This document shows, in pieces, positions 38,642-48,306 of a stretch of 64,000 nucleotides of DNA (position 1 is its first letter; each line of letters opens with the position of its first letter). Position numbers and translations under genes: made by a program. Source of the DNA: a bacterium (GTDB lineage Bacteria > UBA8248); the NCBI GenBank assembly GCA_965207065.1, contig OZ242260.1, positions 1,536,001-1,600,000 of the forward strand, in the 5' to 3' direction. The notes under the pieces are model-generated. The model did no database searches and was not told the DNA's origin. It was given only the letters and a program-made list of their open reading frames with translations.

Positions 38642-40138
38642 CTATTCGCCCCCGGGCGTCGCCCAGGGCCGCTTCCAGATGCTCATGAAAAGAATCAGTG
38701 CGGCCAAGAGAATGAAGAACAGCGAAATCGGGCGCGTGAAGAACACCGAGTAATCGCCTTGCGAGAGCAGCAGGGCCTGCTTGAAGGAGCGCTCCGCCAT
38801 CGGCGTGATGATGTAGGCGATGACAAGCGGCGCGAGCGGGTAGTTCATCTTCCGGAGAAGGTAGCCGAACACGCCCGCGATGAGGGAGAGCTCCACGTCG
38901 CCCAGGTTGTTCTGGAAGATGTAGCCTCCCACCACGCAGAACATGATGATGCACGGCAGCAGCAGCGACTGCCGGATGGTGACCACCCAGGCGAATATGC
39001 CCGTGAGCAGCCAGCCCTGGACGAGCATGATGGGGTTTCCGATCAGGAGCAGGGCGAAGATGGCGTACATCGTCGTGGCGTTTTCCTCGAACAGGGACGG
39101 CCCGGGCCTTAAGCCCTGGGCGATGAACGCCCCCATCAGGATGGCCGCCGTCCCCCCGCCGGGGATGCCCAGCGTGAGGGTGGGGATCAGGTCCGCCCCC
39201 GCCACGGCGCTGTTGGCCGCCTCGGCCGCCGCCACGCCCTCGTAGCTGCCGTGGCCGAATTCCTCGGGTTTTTTGGAAGCCCGCTTCGCCGCGCCGTAGC
39301 CGATGAAGGTGGCGATGGAAGAGCCCGTCCCCGGAATCGCGCCGACGATGGTGCCGATGATGGAGGAGCGGAAGATCGTCCGGCCCGAAGCGGTGAACTC
39401 CTCCATCTTGAGCGAGCGCCCGCCCCTTAAGTGGGAGGTCGGCGGCTTTTCGGCGAGTTGGGATACCTTCTTCTCCACCTGGATGAGCACCTCGCTCACC
39501 GCGAACAGGCCGATGAGCAGGGGCACGAGGCCGATGCCGCCCTCGAGCGTGGGCAGGCTGAAGGTGAATCGCTCCGCCCCCGAGATGGCGTCCAGCCCCA
39601 CCAGGCCGAACATCAGCCCGATGAGGGCGGAGAGGATGCCCTTCGAGACCGATGCGCCGGTGACGCTCGATATGACGGTGAGTCCCATGACGAGCAGGCC
39701 GAAGAAATCCGCCGGCCCGAACTTGAGCGCCATCGCCGCGAGCGGGATGGCCGCGACGATGAGCGCGATGTCGCTGAACGTATCGCCCAGGGTGGAGGAG
39801 TAGAGCGCCATCTGGATCGCGCTTTTCGCCTCGCCCTTCTGGGCGAGGGGGTATCCGTCCAGGCAGGTGGCCGCCGCGGGCGGCGTTCCGGGCGTGTTGA
39901 CGAGGATCGCCGGAATCGAGCCGCCGAAGAGCGCGCCCTTGTGCACGCCCAAAAGGAAGGGGATGCCCAGCGTGGGCGCCATGAAGAAGGAAAACGGCAC
40001 GAGAATCGCCGTCGCCATCACGCCGGTGAGGCCTGGAATCGCGCCCACGGTTATCCCTGCGAAAACGCCTATCGCCACCATGCCAATCGCCTGGAAGGTG
40101 AACGCGATAGAGATGCCTTCGAGGATTTGTTCGATCAC
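38642..40138 (-). CDS. tctA: Tripartite tricarboxylate transporter large permease
   Basis: GAIPGL, ILVNTPGTP, DGYPLAQKG, AAEAANSA, LTLGIPG. Confidence 0.94.
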   Translation of the reverse strand: MIEQILEGISIAFTFQAIGMVAIGVFAGITVGAIPGLTGVMATAILVPFSFFMAPTLGIPFLLGVHKGALFGGSIPAILVNTPGTPPAAATCLDGYPLAQKGEAKSAIQMALYSSTLGDTFSDIALIVAAIPLAAMALKFGPADFFGLLVMGLTVISSVTGASVSKGILSALIGLMFGLVGLDAISGAERFTFSLPTLEGGIGLVPLLIGLFAVSEVLIQVEKKVSQLAEKPPTSHLRGGRSLKMEEFTASGRTIFRSSIIGTIVGAIPGTGSSIATFIGYGAAKRASKKPEEFGHGSYEGVAAAEAANSAVAGADLIPTLTLGIPGGGTAAILMGAFIAQGLRPGPSLFEENATTMYAIFALLLIGNPIMLVQGWLLTGIFAWVVTIRQSLLLPCIIMFCVVGGYIFQNNLGDVELSLIAGVFGYLLRKMNYPLAPLVIAYIITPMAERSFKQALLLSQGDYSVFFTRPISLFFILLAALILFMSIWKRPWATPGGE

Positions 40139-40611
40139 GGGAACAGGCTCCCCTCGGGCAGGACGACCTGGAAGCTGTACCAGAAGAAATACGTCAGGAA
40201 CAGCGGGAACAGGATGGCGGTCGATACGAGCAGGCGCCAGTCCCTGATGCCGAGCATGTAGATGATGGCGGCCATGAAAAACGGCGACGTGTAGGCGAAG
40301 CCCAGCAGCTTGAGCGCCTGCACGAAGAGGAATGTCAGGGCGAGGACGGCGCAGACCCGGGTGAGCGAGCCTTTCGCGTCGTCCCACAACCGCTCGCCCG
40401 ATAAATTCTTGAGCGCGGCGCCCATCATCAGCACGCAGGTGATGGCGAACAACACCATGGTGAACTGCGGGAAGAACTCGGGCCGCAGCACGGCGGGCGT
40501 GGACTCGTCGATGGGAATGGAGGAGACGATCTGGTACGGGATGAGATATGCGAAAGCGACTATCGTGAACACGAGAAAAACGACGCCCGTTATCAGATCG
40601 GCCTTGCGCAT
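40135..40611 (-). CDS. tctB: Tripartite tricarboxylate transporter small subunit
   Basis: Four TM helices, PEFFP, C-terminal LPEG; adjacent to tctA. Confidence 0.88.
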   Translation of the reverse strand: MRKADLITGVVFLVFTIVAFAYLIPYQIVSSIPIDESTPAVLRPEFFPQFTMVLFAITCVLMMGAALKNLSGERLWDDAKGSLTRVCAVLALTFLFVQALKLLGFAYTSPFFMAAIIYMLGIRDWRLLVSTAILFPLFLTYFFWYSFQVVLPEGSLFP

Positions 40612-40815
40612 ATCTGGTCCCGTTCTTTACGCGCCGACAGCTTTGGAAGCGCCCGGCGCTGCGGGAAACTGCTCATGGGTCGTTCGCGTTCGAGCGGCGC
40701 CCGCCTTCCGGTAGATTTTCTCTTTATGGGGAAATAATGTATCTTCATTGCTCGCTTCGCGCAATCGGGATGAGGGGGTCGGCTCCTTATCGGGTTGCGC
40801 CCGTGAGGAGGGGAT

Positions 40816-41253
40816 ATGTTCGAGACGACGCGCGGCGGCGTGGACGTGGGGCTTACCACGAGAAACATCGCCGCGATGAAGAAGTTCTACACCGAAGTGC
40901 TGGGGCTCGAGGAAGCGGCGGTGGTCGACGTGCCGGGCGATTTCGTGCGCGCGGCGGGCTTCGCCGGGGACGGCGTGAAGCTCCACGCCCTGAAATCGGG
41001 CGAGGTGCTCATCAAGCTGCTCGAATTCGCCGACCCGCCCGGCTCCTCGGATGCGCTTGCGGATTCGCTGTCCGGGTTTCGCTACCTCACCTTCTGGGTG
41101 AAGGACATGGAGGCCGCCGTGGCGCACCTGCGCGGCGCGGGCGTGGAACTGCTCTCGGATATCCTGTCCCGCGTTCCCGAGCGGAAGACGATTTTTTTCA
41201 AGGACCCCGACGGCAACCTGCTCGAACTCAACTGGGTGGACCCGGCGGTTTGA
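40816..41253 (+). CDS. VOC family protein
   Basis: FYTEVLGL, FFKDPDGNLLEL. Confidence 0.88.
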   Translation: MFETTRGGVDVGLTTRNIAAMKKFYTEVLGLEEAAVVDVPGDFVRAAGFAGDGVKLHALKSGEVLIKLLEFADPPGSSDALADSLSGFRYLTFWVKDMEAAVAHLRGAGVELLSDILSRVPERKTIFFKDPDGNLLELNWVDPAV

Positions 41254-41307
41254 GGTAAAAGAAACGCACAGGCTTTTTTAATCCATACCGACAGGAGATG
41301 AAACAAG

Positions 41308-41691
41308 ATGAAACTGACTTTTGATCACATTCATTGCGTACACACCGACGTGGACGAGGCGGTGGCCTTCTACGTGAACGTTTTCGGGGCGACCGAGACC
41401 AACCGCATCGACAGGGGCGGCGCGCCGCAGGTCTATCTCGACGTGCACGGCGCGAGCATCATCATCCGAGGCAAGCGCGACGGCGAGGAACTGGCAGCGG
41501 GACCTGGCGGCTGGCCGCGCTACAGCATCGATCACTATGCGTACTGCGTGGAGGGCAAGCTCGCCGATGCGGTCGCCGAGGTCCGCGCGAACGGCGGGAA
41601 CGTCGTGGCCGAAGGCGAGGCGGACGAGCTCTATTTCGCCTACGTGGAAGGCCCCGACGGCGTCGTCGTCGAGATGATGGAGATGAAGTAG
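41308..41691 (+). CDS. VOC family protein
   Basis: FDHIH, DHYAY, GPDGVVVEM. Confidence 0.88.
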   Translation: MKLTFDHIHCVHTDVDEAVAFYVNVFGATETNRIDRGGAPQVYLDVHGASIIIRGKRDGEELAAGPGGWPRYSIDHYAYCVEGKLADAVAEVRANGGNVVAEGEADELYFAYVEGPDGVVVEMMEMK

Positions 41692-41720
41692 AAACGAGGC
41701 CTAAGCCAAAGGCATTGAAG

Positions 41721-42377
41721 ATGTTCCAGAGAATCTTTTTCGCGGCGATCGTCTCGGGCGTCATCGCGGGGCTTTTCGCCACCGCGGTGCAGTCGACTCA
41801 GGTCATTCCCTTGATAGTCGAGGCGGAAAAATACGAGCGGCGAGAACCTGTCCCTATCCCCCAAACCCACGAAGACAACGTGGATGAGGGAGGGGACTCC
41901 TCGCGTCTGGCGCTCACCCTGGTTTCGAACGTCGTATCGGCGATAGGCTTCGCTCTTTTGCTCGTCGGTTGTTTCGCCCTTCACGGAAACGTGGACTGGC
42001 GGCGGGGGATCCTCTGGGGAGCGGGCGGTTTCGTTGTTTTCTCTCTCGCACCCGCAGTGGGTTTGCCGCCCGAACTCCCAGGTGTCGACGCGGCCTCCCT
42101 GCCGCACAGACAGATTTGGTGGATTCTCACCGTGGCGGCCACGGCGGCGGGCCTCGCCCTGTTGGCCTTCAAGCCGGGAGCAGCCTTCAAGGCGCTGGGC
42201 GTCGTCCTCATCGTCTTGCCGCACCTCCTCGGCGCCTCACACCCCGAAGCGGGCGGCGGACCGGTTCCCCGGGCGCTTCTCGAGAGGTTCATCCTCACCG
42301 CGCTCATGGCTTCGGCCGCCTTCTGGGTCGTTCTGGGCCTTTGCGCGGGCTATTTCTTCAACCGTTTGAAGGGGTGA
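41721..42377 (+). CDS. cbtA: CbtA family putative cobalt transporter subunit
   Basis: PLIVEAEKYE, LAPAVGLPPELPG, RQIWW, LPHLLGA. Confidence 0.9.
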   Translation: MFQRIFFAAIVSGVIAGLFATAVQSTQVIPLIVEAEKYERREPVPIPQTHEDNVDEGGDSSRLALTLVSNVVSAIGFALLLVGCFALHGNVDWRRGILWGAGGFVVFSLAPAVGLPPELPGVDAASLPHRQIWWILTVAATAAGLALLAFKPGAAFKALGVVLIVLPHLLGASHPEAGGGPVPRALLERFILTALMASAAFWVVLGLCAGYFFNRLKG

Positions 42378-42381
42378 GGAA

Positions 42382-42645
42382 GGGGATTGTTGAACTCCCC
42401 CCTCGTTCGTGTTTGGCTCGTAGGGGCTGTTCGCGGACGGCCCTCCCCGGAGAAAGCGGGCGCTTCACGAATTCCCCCTCCACTCGGCTTGGACCCAAAA
42501 ACCATCGTTCCGGAGTCAGACCCGATCAATGCGGGCGGGTTCGGTCCCACCGGTGCGGCAGCGGGCTTCGCAGAACACCTGACGCCCTCATCCCGAGCAA
42601 CCCCCCCCTGCCCCCCCTTGTCAGGGGGTCTTTTTCAATAACCCC
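42382..42645. mobile_element. MITE-like element
   Basis: GGGGATTGTTGAA ... TTTTTCAATAACCCC, with internal palindromes of the same family. Confidence 0.55.
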
Positions 42646-42868
42646 GGTGAGGAACGGTGTCGAGGATCTGCCGGGGTTGACGGTTCGGTGCCACGGTAAA
42701 TCTCTCGCCGTAACTTCGTCGTTCAGTGTATAAAACACGCCAAAAAGTCAGTGATTAGCGGCCAAATCACGATATATGGTTTTTTCTACGAATATTCCCC
42801 CAGGTTCTGACCCTGCCGGCAATTCCATAACCCATTGTAAAATATGCCGTTCGTGAATTCCTCCAGAA

Positions 42869-42885
42869 TTGGCGCATATTTTGCT
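42869..42885 (+). promoter_or_regulatory. Sigma54 -24/-12 promoter
   Basis: TTGGCGC-ATATT-TTGCT. Confidence 0.8.
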
Positions 42886-42943
42886 TCAGAATGAGGGAAG
42901 AGCAGCTGCCTGGTTCCCGGAGTGAGCAGGAAAGGGGGATGAG

Positions 42944-43144
42944 ATGGAATTTCTAAGCAGCTATTTCATGGTGGCGCTTCCTGTATTCATCGCATTCGTC
43001 GCGATTTGGTGGTTCTTGACTATCTACGTTCTGGCGAGTTCCATCAGGAGCGCCTCCCGCGTCAATGATATCGAGACGCACCAAGCCGGACCGAAGCGAT
43101 CGAACGCCGACGCACGGCAGCCGAATTTACGCAAAGCCGCCTAG
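42944..43144 (+). CDS. Small single-TM protein (66 aa), paralog 1
   Basis: MEFLSSYFMVALPVFIAFVAIWWF...LRKAA. Confidence 0.75.
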   Translation: MEFLSSYFMVALPVFIAFVAIWWFLTIYVLASSIRSASRVNDIETHQAGPKRSNADARQPNLRKAA

Positions 43145-43480
43145 AAACATGGGTTGCACGTTCATGTAGCGAGTAGATAGAACCTGCGGTCGACAGGGGC
43201 GCCACCTTGGATGGCGCACAAGAAGCAATTGCCGTTTTGGGTTTGCCGCCCGAACGAACGGCCCCTCACAGTTTTGCTCTTGCCCTGTCTACTTTGGTGG
43301 CCCTTCTCTGTTTCGGGAAAGCCGCCAGGCTTGATTCGCCATATCGTTTCGGACAAAAAGTCAGCGATAATCAGTAAAATTACGATATATCGTAATTATG
43401 GGCCATAATTTAATTCATCCTGCAAACCATTTCCCGTTGTAAAACCTTGTAAGTTAGCTGGTTTCTGTGAATTTCCAGTT

Positions 43481-43497
43481 TTGGCACGAATATTGCT
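43481..43497 (+). promoter_or_regulatory. Sigma54 -24/-12 promoter
   Basis: TTGGCAC-GAATA-TTGCT. Confidence 0.85.
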
Positions 43498-43556
43498 TAT
43501 AAATATAGACAAAGGAGTTTTCTGAGTACCGCAGTATGAGGGAAAGGAGGCGCGAG

Positions 43557-43757
43557 ATGGAATTCATCAAGATGTACGCAATGGCGGGGCTTCCGGTTTT
43601 ATTCGTATTCGCCGCGATTTGGTGGTTCATGACCTCCAGCATCATCCATCAGCCTCGGGCGAAAGCAGCTCAGACGAATGACGCCAGGATAGCCCTGGTC
43701 GAAACGAAACTGCTGGACGCCATCAACCCGGAATCGGAATTGCGGAAAGCCGCCTAG
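43557..43757 (+). CDS. Small single-TM protein (66 aa), paralog 2
   Basis: AAGGAGG RBS; MEFIKMYAMAGLPVLFVFAAIWWF...LRKAA. Confidence 0.78.
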   Translation: MEFIKMYAMAGLPVLFVFAAIWWFMTSSIIHQPRAKAAQTNDARIALVETKLLDAINPESELRKAA

Positions 43758-43794
43758 AGACGTGGCTCAGGAATTCAGGAAACGGAGAGAAACG

Positions 43795-44265
43795 ATGTAC
43801 GAGCGAATACTGATTCCCCTGGACGGTTCGGAAGAGGCGGAAGCCGCCGTGCATGAGGTGGTCCACCTCTCGATGAACCCGCAAGTTGTTCATCTGCAAC
43901 TGGTGGAAAACGGCGTCATGCAGTCGCGGCAGCTGGAAGGCTACACGGTGTACGCCGATCAGATTCACGATGCGCGCGCCAGGTTCGGCGATGCGTATCT
44001 CGAACCCTTGCGTCGGATGCTGGGAGACCGGGGCCTGCGCGTCGAGGTTTCCGTGACGAACGGCGCGCCGCTGCATGAGGTAGCCGGGACGGCGGAGAAA
44101 CTGGACGCCGACCTCATTCTCCTCGGCGCCGGAGAGGGAGGATGGCTGAGGCGGCGCATCGGGCTGTCGCACATCGCCCCGCGTCTCGCGAAGAAAGTGA
44201 AAGCCCACGTCCTGCTGGTGCAGGGAGGGGCGAAACAGAAAGAGGCTCTCCAGAGAGCCGCATAG
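43795..44265 (+). CDS. Universal stress protein
   Basis: MYERILIPLDGSEEAE...ADLILLG...VLLV. Confidence 0.88.
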   Translation: MYERILIPLDGSEEAEAAVHEVVHLSMNPQVVHLQLVENGVMQSRQLEGYTVYADQIHDARARFGDAYLEPLRRMLGDRGLRVEVSVTNGAPLHEVAGTAEKLDADLILLGAGEGGWLRRRIGLSHIAPRLAKKVKAHVLLVQGGAKQKEALQRAA

Positions 44266-44447
44266 AAAATCCTGCCGTGGCCCAACCAATGGGCCGCGCC
44301 CCACATACCTCCCCCTCGGTGGCCCACGCCATCCGGCAACGGGCCGCCGGGAGGGGAATCCTCACTTTCCATGATCAGAGTCGTTCCTTAGCCAACACCC
44401 GGATGCTAGAATCTCGCCACATTCATGATTCGCGTAAGGAGTGAAGG

Positions 44448-45344
44448 GTGAGAATCGGTATCCTGTGTCGGGACAAGACCCTACACGGCGTGCGCAGAAT
44501 TTCAGAATCCGCAAGGAGCAGGAAGCACCGGGTGCGCGTGCTGGATCCGTATCGCTTTCTGCTGAAGCTGAACGATGGAGAAATATCGCTCGAATTCCGC
44601 GGAAAACCCTTTACGAGGGCGGACGTATATCTTCCGCGCCTCGGGGCGAACATATCCGAGCATTCCCTGGCGCTCATCCGCCACCTGGAAGCTTCCGGCG
44701 CATTGGTGATCAACGGCTCAGGCGCGATCGAGACGGCGCGGGACAAGCTGCGAACGCTTCAGCTTCTGGCGCAAGAGGGACTTCCCGTACCGAATACTGC
44801 CTTCGCGCCCGACCCGGCCTATCTGCGCGCTGCGCTGGATAGCGTTGGAGGCGCGCCCGTCGTCATGAAGCTGCCGCGCGGCACGCAGGGCAAGGGCGTC
44901 ATGCGCGCCCACGACGCCCAGGAAGCGCAGGCCATATCCGATGTGATGTGGAACCTGCAGCGGGACGCCATCGTCCAGGAATACGTCGAAGAGGCCAGGA
45001 AGGGGGATTTGCGCGTCATCGTCGTGGGCGGTGAAGTGGCGGCCGCCGTAAGAAGGCGCGCCTCGCGGGATGAGTTTCGCACGAACCTGCATCGCGGCGG
45101 CTCCGTCAAGAAAGTCACGCCTGCACGGCATGTGGCGGAACTCGCCAGAGACGCCGCAAAACTCTGCGGCCTTGAGATCGCGGGCGTGGATTTGCTCGAG
45201 ACGAGCAGGGGCCCTCTGGTCCTGGAGGTGAACGCCGCGCCCGGCTTCGAGGGCGTGGAGCGCGCCGGCGGTCCCGAGGTCGCGCCGGTCATCATCGACT
45301 ACGTCGAGCGGCGTGTTGAGGAGCGTAAGAAGAAAAAGAGGTGA
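44448..45344 (+). CDS. rimK: RimK family alpha-L-glutamate ligase (ATP-grasp)
   Basis: ARDKLRTLQLL, GTQGKGV, FRTNLHRGG, LEVNAAPG. Confidence 0.9.
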   Translation: MRIGILCRDKTLHGVRRISESARSRKHRVRVLDPYRFLLKLNDGEISLEFRGKPFTRADVYLPRLGANISEHSLALIRHLEASGALVINGSGAIETARDKLRTLQLLAQEGLPVPNTAFAPDPAYLRAALDSVGGAPVVMKLPRGTQGKGVMRAHDAQEAQAISDVMWNLQRDAIVQEYVEEARKGDLRVIVVGGEVAAAVRRRASRDEFRTNLHRGGSVKKVTPARHVAELARDAAKLCGLEIAGVDLLETSRGPLVLEVNAAPGFEGVERAGGPEVAPVIIDYVERRVEERKKKKR

Positions 45345-45402
45345 ATCGTTTGCCGGTCGATTCGCTCCGGCCTATAATCCAGCGCTGGTTTTCGGGAACT
45401 GA

Positions 45403-46731
45403 TTGAGGAGACTCGACTTGAGCGACATCGACGCCATATGCCTTGCGGCGAGGAGTGCGGCCCTCGCGCTTGCGCCCCTGACGAACGAGGTGCGGAATCG
45501 TGCCTTGGCCGCCATGGCGGACGCGATTGACGAAAACTCGGGGTCTATCCTCGAGGCGAATGCGGAAGACGCCGCCGCGGCGGAACCCTTGGTCGCGAGC
45601 GGGGAGATGTCCGAGCCTTTGCTGAGACGCCTGGAACTGAGCGAGCGCAAAGTCGCGCAGATGGCGGACGGCGCGCGCGCGGTGGCCGCCCTGCCCGACC
45701 CCCTGGGGGTGGCGCGCATGGCTACCCTGCTCGATGAGGAGTTGACGCTCAGGCGGGTCACCTGTCCCCTGGGCGTGGTCGCCGCCGTGTTTGAATCCCG
45801 GCCCGACGCGCTGGTCCAGATCGCATCGCTGTGCCTGAAATCCGGCAACGCCTCCATCCTGAAGGGGGGCCGCGAGGCAGCGCACACGAACCGCCTGATG
45901 TCCGGGCTTTTAAGAGACGCGGCGGCTTCGTCCGGCGATGTGCCCGCCGACGCCTCCCAACTCGTCGAGGCGCGCGAGGACGTGCAGGCCCTCCTTTCGC
46001 GCGACGATGCGGTCGACCTGCTCATACCGCGCGGGAGCAACGAGTTCGTCCGCTACATCAAGCAGCACTCGAACATCCCGGTGCTCGGCCACGCGGACGG
46101 CATCTGCCACCTCTACGTGGACGAGGCGGCTGACACCGAGATGGCCGTACGGCTGACGTTCGACGCCAAGACGCAATACCCCGCCGTCTGCAACGCCATC
46201 GAGACGCTCCTGGTGCACGAGAAAAAAGCGGGCGAGTTCCTGCCCCTGGCCGCCGAGGCGCTCAAGGAAAAGGGAGTGGCCATCCGGGGCTGTGATGCCA
46301 CGCGGGCGATTCTCGAAAGCGCAGGCGCGGCTTCTGAAGAGGACTGGAATACGGAATATCTGGACCTCATCCTCTCCGTCCGGGTGGTGGAATCTCTGGC
46401 CCAGGCCGTTGATCACATCAACCGCTACGGCTCGCGCCACACCGACGCCATCGTCACGGCGGACGAGGCGGCGGCGCGGACGTTTCTTTCGAGAGTGGAC
46501 GCCGCCAGCGTCATGTGGAACGCGTCCACCCGCCTGGCGGATGGTTTCCGCTACGGTTTCGGCGCCGAGGTGGGCATCGCCACGGACAAGATTCACGCAC
46601 GCGGCCCCGTGGGTCTGGAAGGCCTGGTGACCTACAAGTACCAGCTCGAGGGAAACGGCCAACTCGTCTCCGACTACGAGGGGGCCGATGCGCGGGTCTT
46701 CCTCCACCGGCCGATTCCCATAAACGAATAG
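45403..46731 (+). CDS. proA: Glutamate-5-semialdehyde dehydrogenase
   Basis: FESRPD, LKGGREA, IPRGS, VCNAIETL, NASTRLADG, HARGPVGL. Confidence 0.96.
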   Translation: MRRLDLSDIDAICLAARSAALALAPLTNEVRNRALAAMADAIDENSGSILEANAEDAAAAEPLVASGEMSEPLLRRLELSERKVAQMADGARAVAALPDPLGVARMATLLDEELTLRRVTCPLGVVAAVFESRPDALVQIASLCLKSGNASILKGGREAAHTNRLMSGLLRDAAASSGDVPADASQLVEAREDVQALLSRDDAVDLLIPRGSNEFVRYIKQHSNIPVLGHADGICHLYVDEAADTEMAVRLTFDAKTQYPAVCNAIETLLVHEKKAGEFLPLAAEALKEKGVAIRGCDATRAILESAGAASEEDWNTEYLDLILSVRVVESLAQAVDHINRYGSRHTDAIVTADEAAARTFLSRVDAASVMWNASTRLADGFRYGFGAEVGIATDKIHARGPVGLEGLVTYKYQLEGNGQLVSDYEGADARVFLHRPIPINE

Positions 46732-46753
46732 AGCGCTTGGGACGCCTTGGGAC

Positions 46754-47077
46754 TTGGGCAAGTGGGTCGTCGTCTCGTTCCTCGTCCTGGGCGGTGCGTT
46801 CGTCGTCTTTCTGCTCGTTTTCCAGAACCCCCGGCAGGAAAAAACGCTCCTCACCACGGGTGAAGGCGCTGCGATCTACCGCCAGACCTGCGCCGTCTGT
46901 CATGGCGCGCGCGGCGAGGGAAAAGGCGGACTCGGGAATCCCCTGCGCGGTCGTAAACTGCCTCTCGCCTATATCAAAGAGGTCATCACGCGGGGCAAAA
47001 ATAAAATGCCCGCCCTGCCTCACATCCAGGGAGAGGCACTCGATAACGTGGCGAGATTCGTGAACGGCCTTCGCTGA
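46754..47077 (+). CDS. Membrane-anchored class I cytochrome c
   Basis: N-terminal TM helix, CAVCH, distal MP. Confidence 0.88.
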   Translation: MGKWVVVSFLVLGGAFVVFLLVFQNPRQEKTLLTTGEGAAIYRQTCAVCHGARGEGKGGLGNPLRGRKLPLAYIKEVITRGKNKMPALPHIQGEALDNVARFVNGLR

Positions 47078-47124
47078 TTCTTGAGTCGGGCGTGATCCCG
47101 CAACAACGATGATGCGGCGCCTTC

Positions 47125-47489
47125 GGGGTTGTGGAAAAGTCCCTGGAAGCGACTTTGAGTTTCGCGCGCGCATTTGAAGTCCACTCCCCCCTTGAGGGTC
47201 GGTCTCCCTCGGGGAAGACCGACGGTGAGCTAAGGGTGCATACCCGCAAGCGAATCGGTGGGGGGTATGATTGAAATTGCACGATAAAACACGATTCACC
47301 CCCCACCACATCGGCCTTCGTCCAAAGGACTCGGCCTCTGTGACTCCCCCTCAAGGGGGGAGTGATTTCATGTCAACAAGGGTATTTTCAAGGCAGTTGG
47401 TAGGGCCAGGCCCCCGTGCCTGTCCCTGAGAAGCACAACCACGAGAATGGGCATATCCGATACGGGCGGCCACAGGGGGCCGCCCCTAC
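47125..47489. repeat. MITE-like palindromes plus GTAG REP doublet
   Basis: GGGGTTGTGGAAAAG, CACTCCCCCCTTGAGGG, CCCCCTCAAGGGGGGAGTGA; REP doublet at 47400-47489. Confidence 0.7.
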
Positions 47490-47526
47490 GGCCGAATGCG
47501 GTTTTGCTCGTCATTCCACGCCGGAA

Positions 47527-48306
47527 TCACCCCTCGCTTCGCTCGGCGGTCCTCACCGCGAGAGAAAAACACACCCCGCCGAAGGCGATCATGACGAGCA
47601 CCGAAAGCCAGAGCCCCGGCAGATTGGACACGGCCTCGGGCGCGCTCAGGTAGAGAGTTCTTCTCAGGGCCGCCACGCCGTAGGTGAGCGGGTTCACCTG
47701 CATGATGAGGCCGATGAGCGGGTGCGCGCCCGCGACCGGGAACACCGCGCCCGAGAGCAGCCACAAGGGGATGAGCAGCAGGTTCATGATGGAGTGGAAC
47801 CCCTGGGTGGATTCGATCCGCCAGGCGAGCAGAAGCCCGAGCGCTGTCAGCGCGAAGCCGATCAGGCCCATCACCAGCACCGAGGCGAGAGCCGCTTCGA
47901 GCGTGAGCGGAACGCCCGCCAGAGGGGTGGCGATGAGCAGGAGCACGCCTTGTAAGAGCGCGAGCGTCGCCCCGCCCGTCACCTGACCCAGCACGATGGC
48001 CGAGCGCGGGACGGGCGCTGCGAGCACGCCTTGCAGGAAGCGCGCCTTTCTGTCGTCCACCACGGCGAAGGTGGAGAAGATGGCCGTGAAGAGCACCACC
48101 ATCGCGATGATGCCCGGGTAGAAGTATTCCAGGTAGCCCTCCCCCCCGCCACCTGCGTAGCGGAAGTTCCGTCCGAAGCCGCTGCCCAGCAGCAGCCAGA
48201 AAAGGATGGGCTGGCCGAACGCGCCGATGATGCGGCTGCGCTGGCGGACGAAGCGCACAATCTCGCGCTGCCATATCGTTCCCGTGCAAAGGAGGTAGGG
48301 GGTCAT
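47527..48306 (-). CDS. ABC-2 type transporter permease
   Basis: Six TM helices; YFYPGII, NPLTYGV. Confidence 0.9.
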   Translation of the reverse strand: MTPYLLCTGTIWQREIVRFVRQRSRIIGAFGQPILFWLLLGSGFGRNFRYAGGGGEGYLEYFYPGIIAMVVLFTAIFSTFAVVDDRKARFLQGVLAAPVPRSAIVLGQVTGGATLALLQGVLLLIATPLAGVPLTLEAALASVLVMGLIGFALTALGLLLAWRIESTQGFHSIMNLLLIPLWLLSGAVFPVAGAHPLIGLIMQVNPLTYGVAALRRTLYLSAPEAVSNLPGLWLSVLVMIAFGGVCFSLAVRTAERSEG

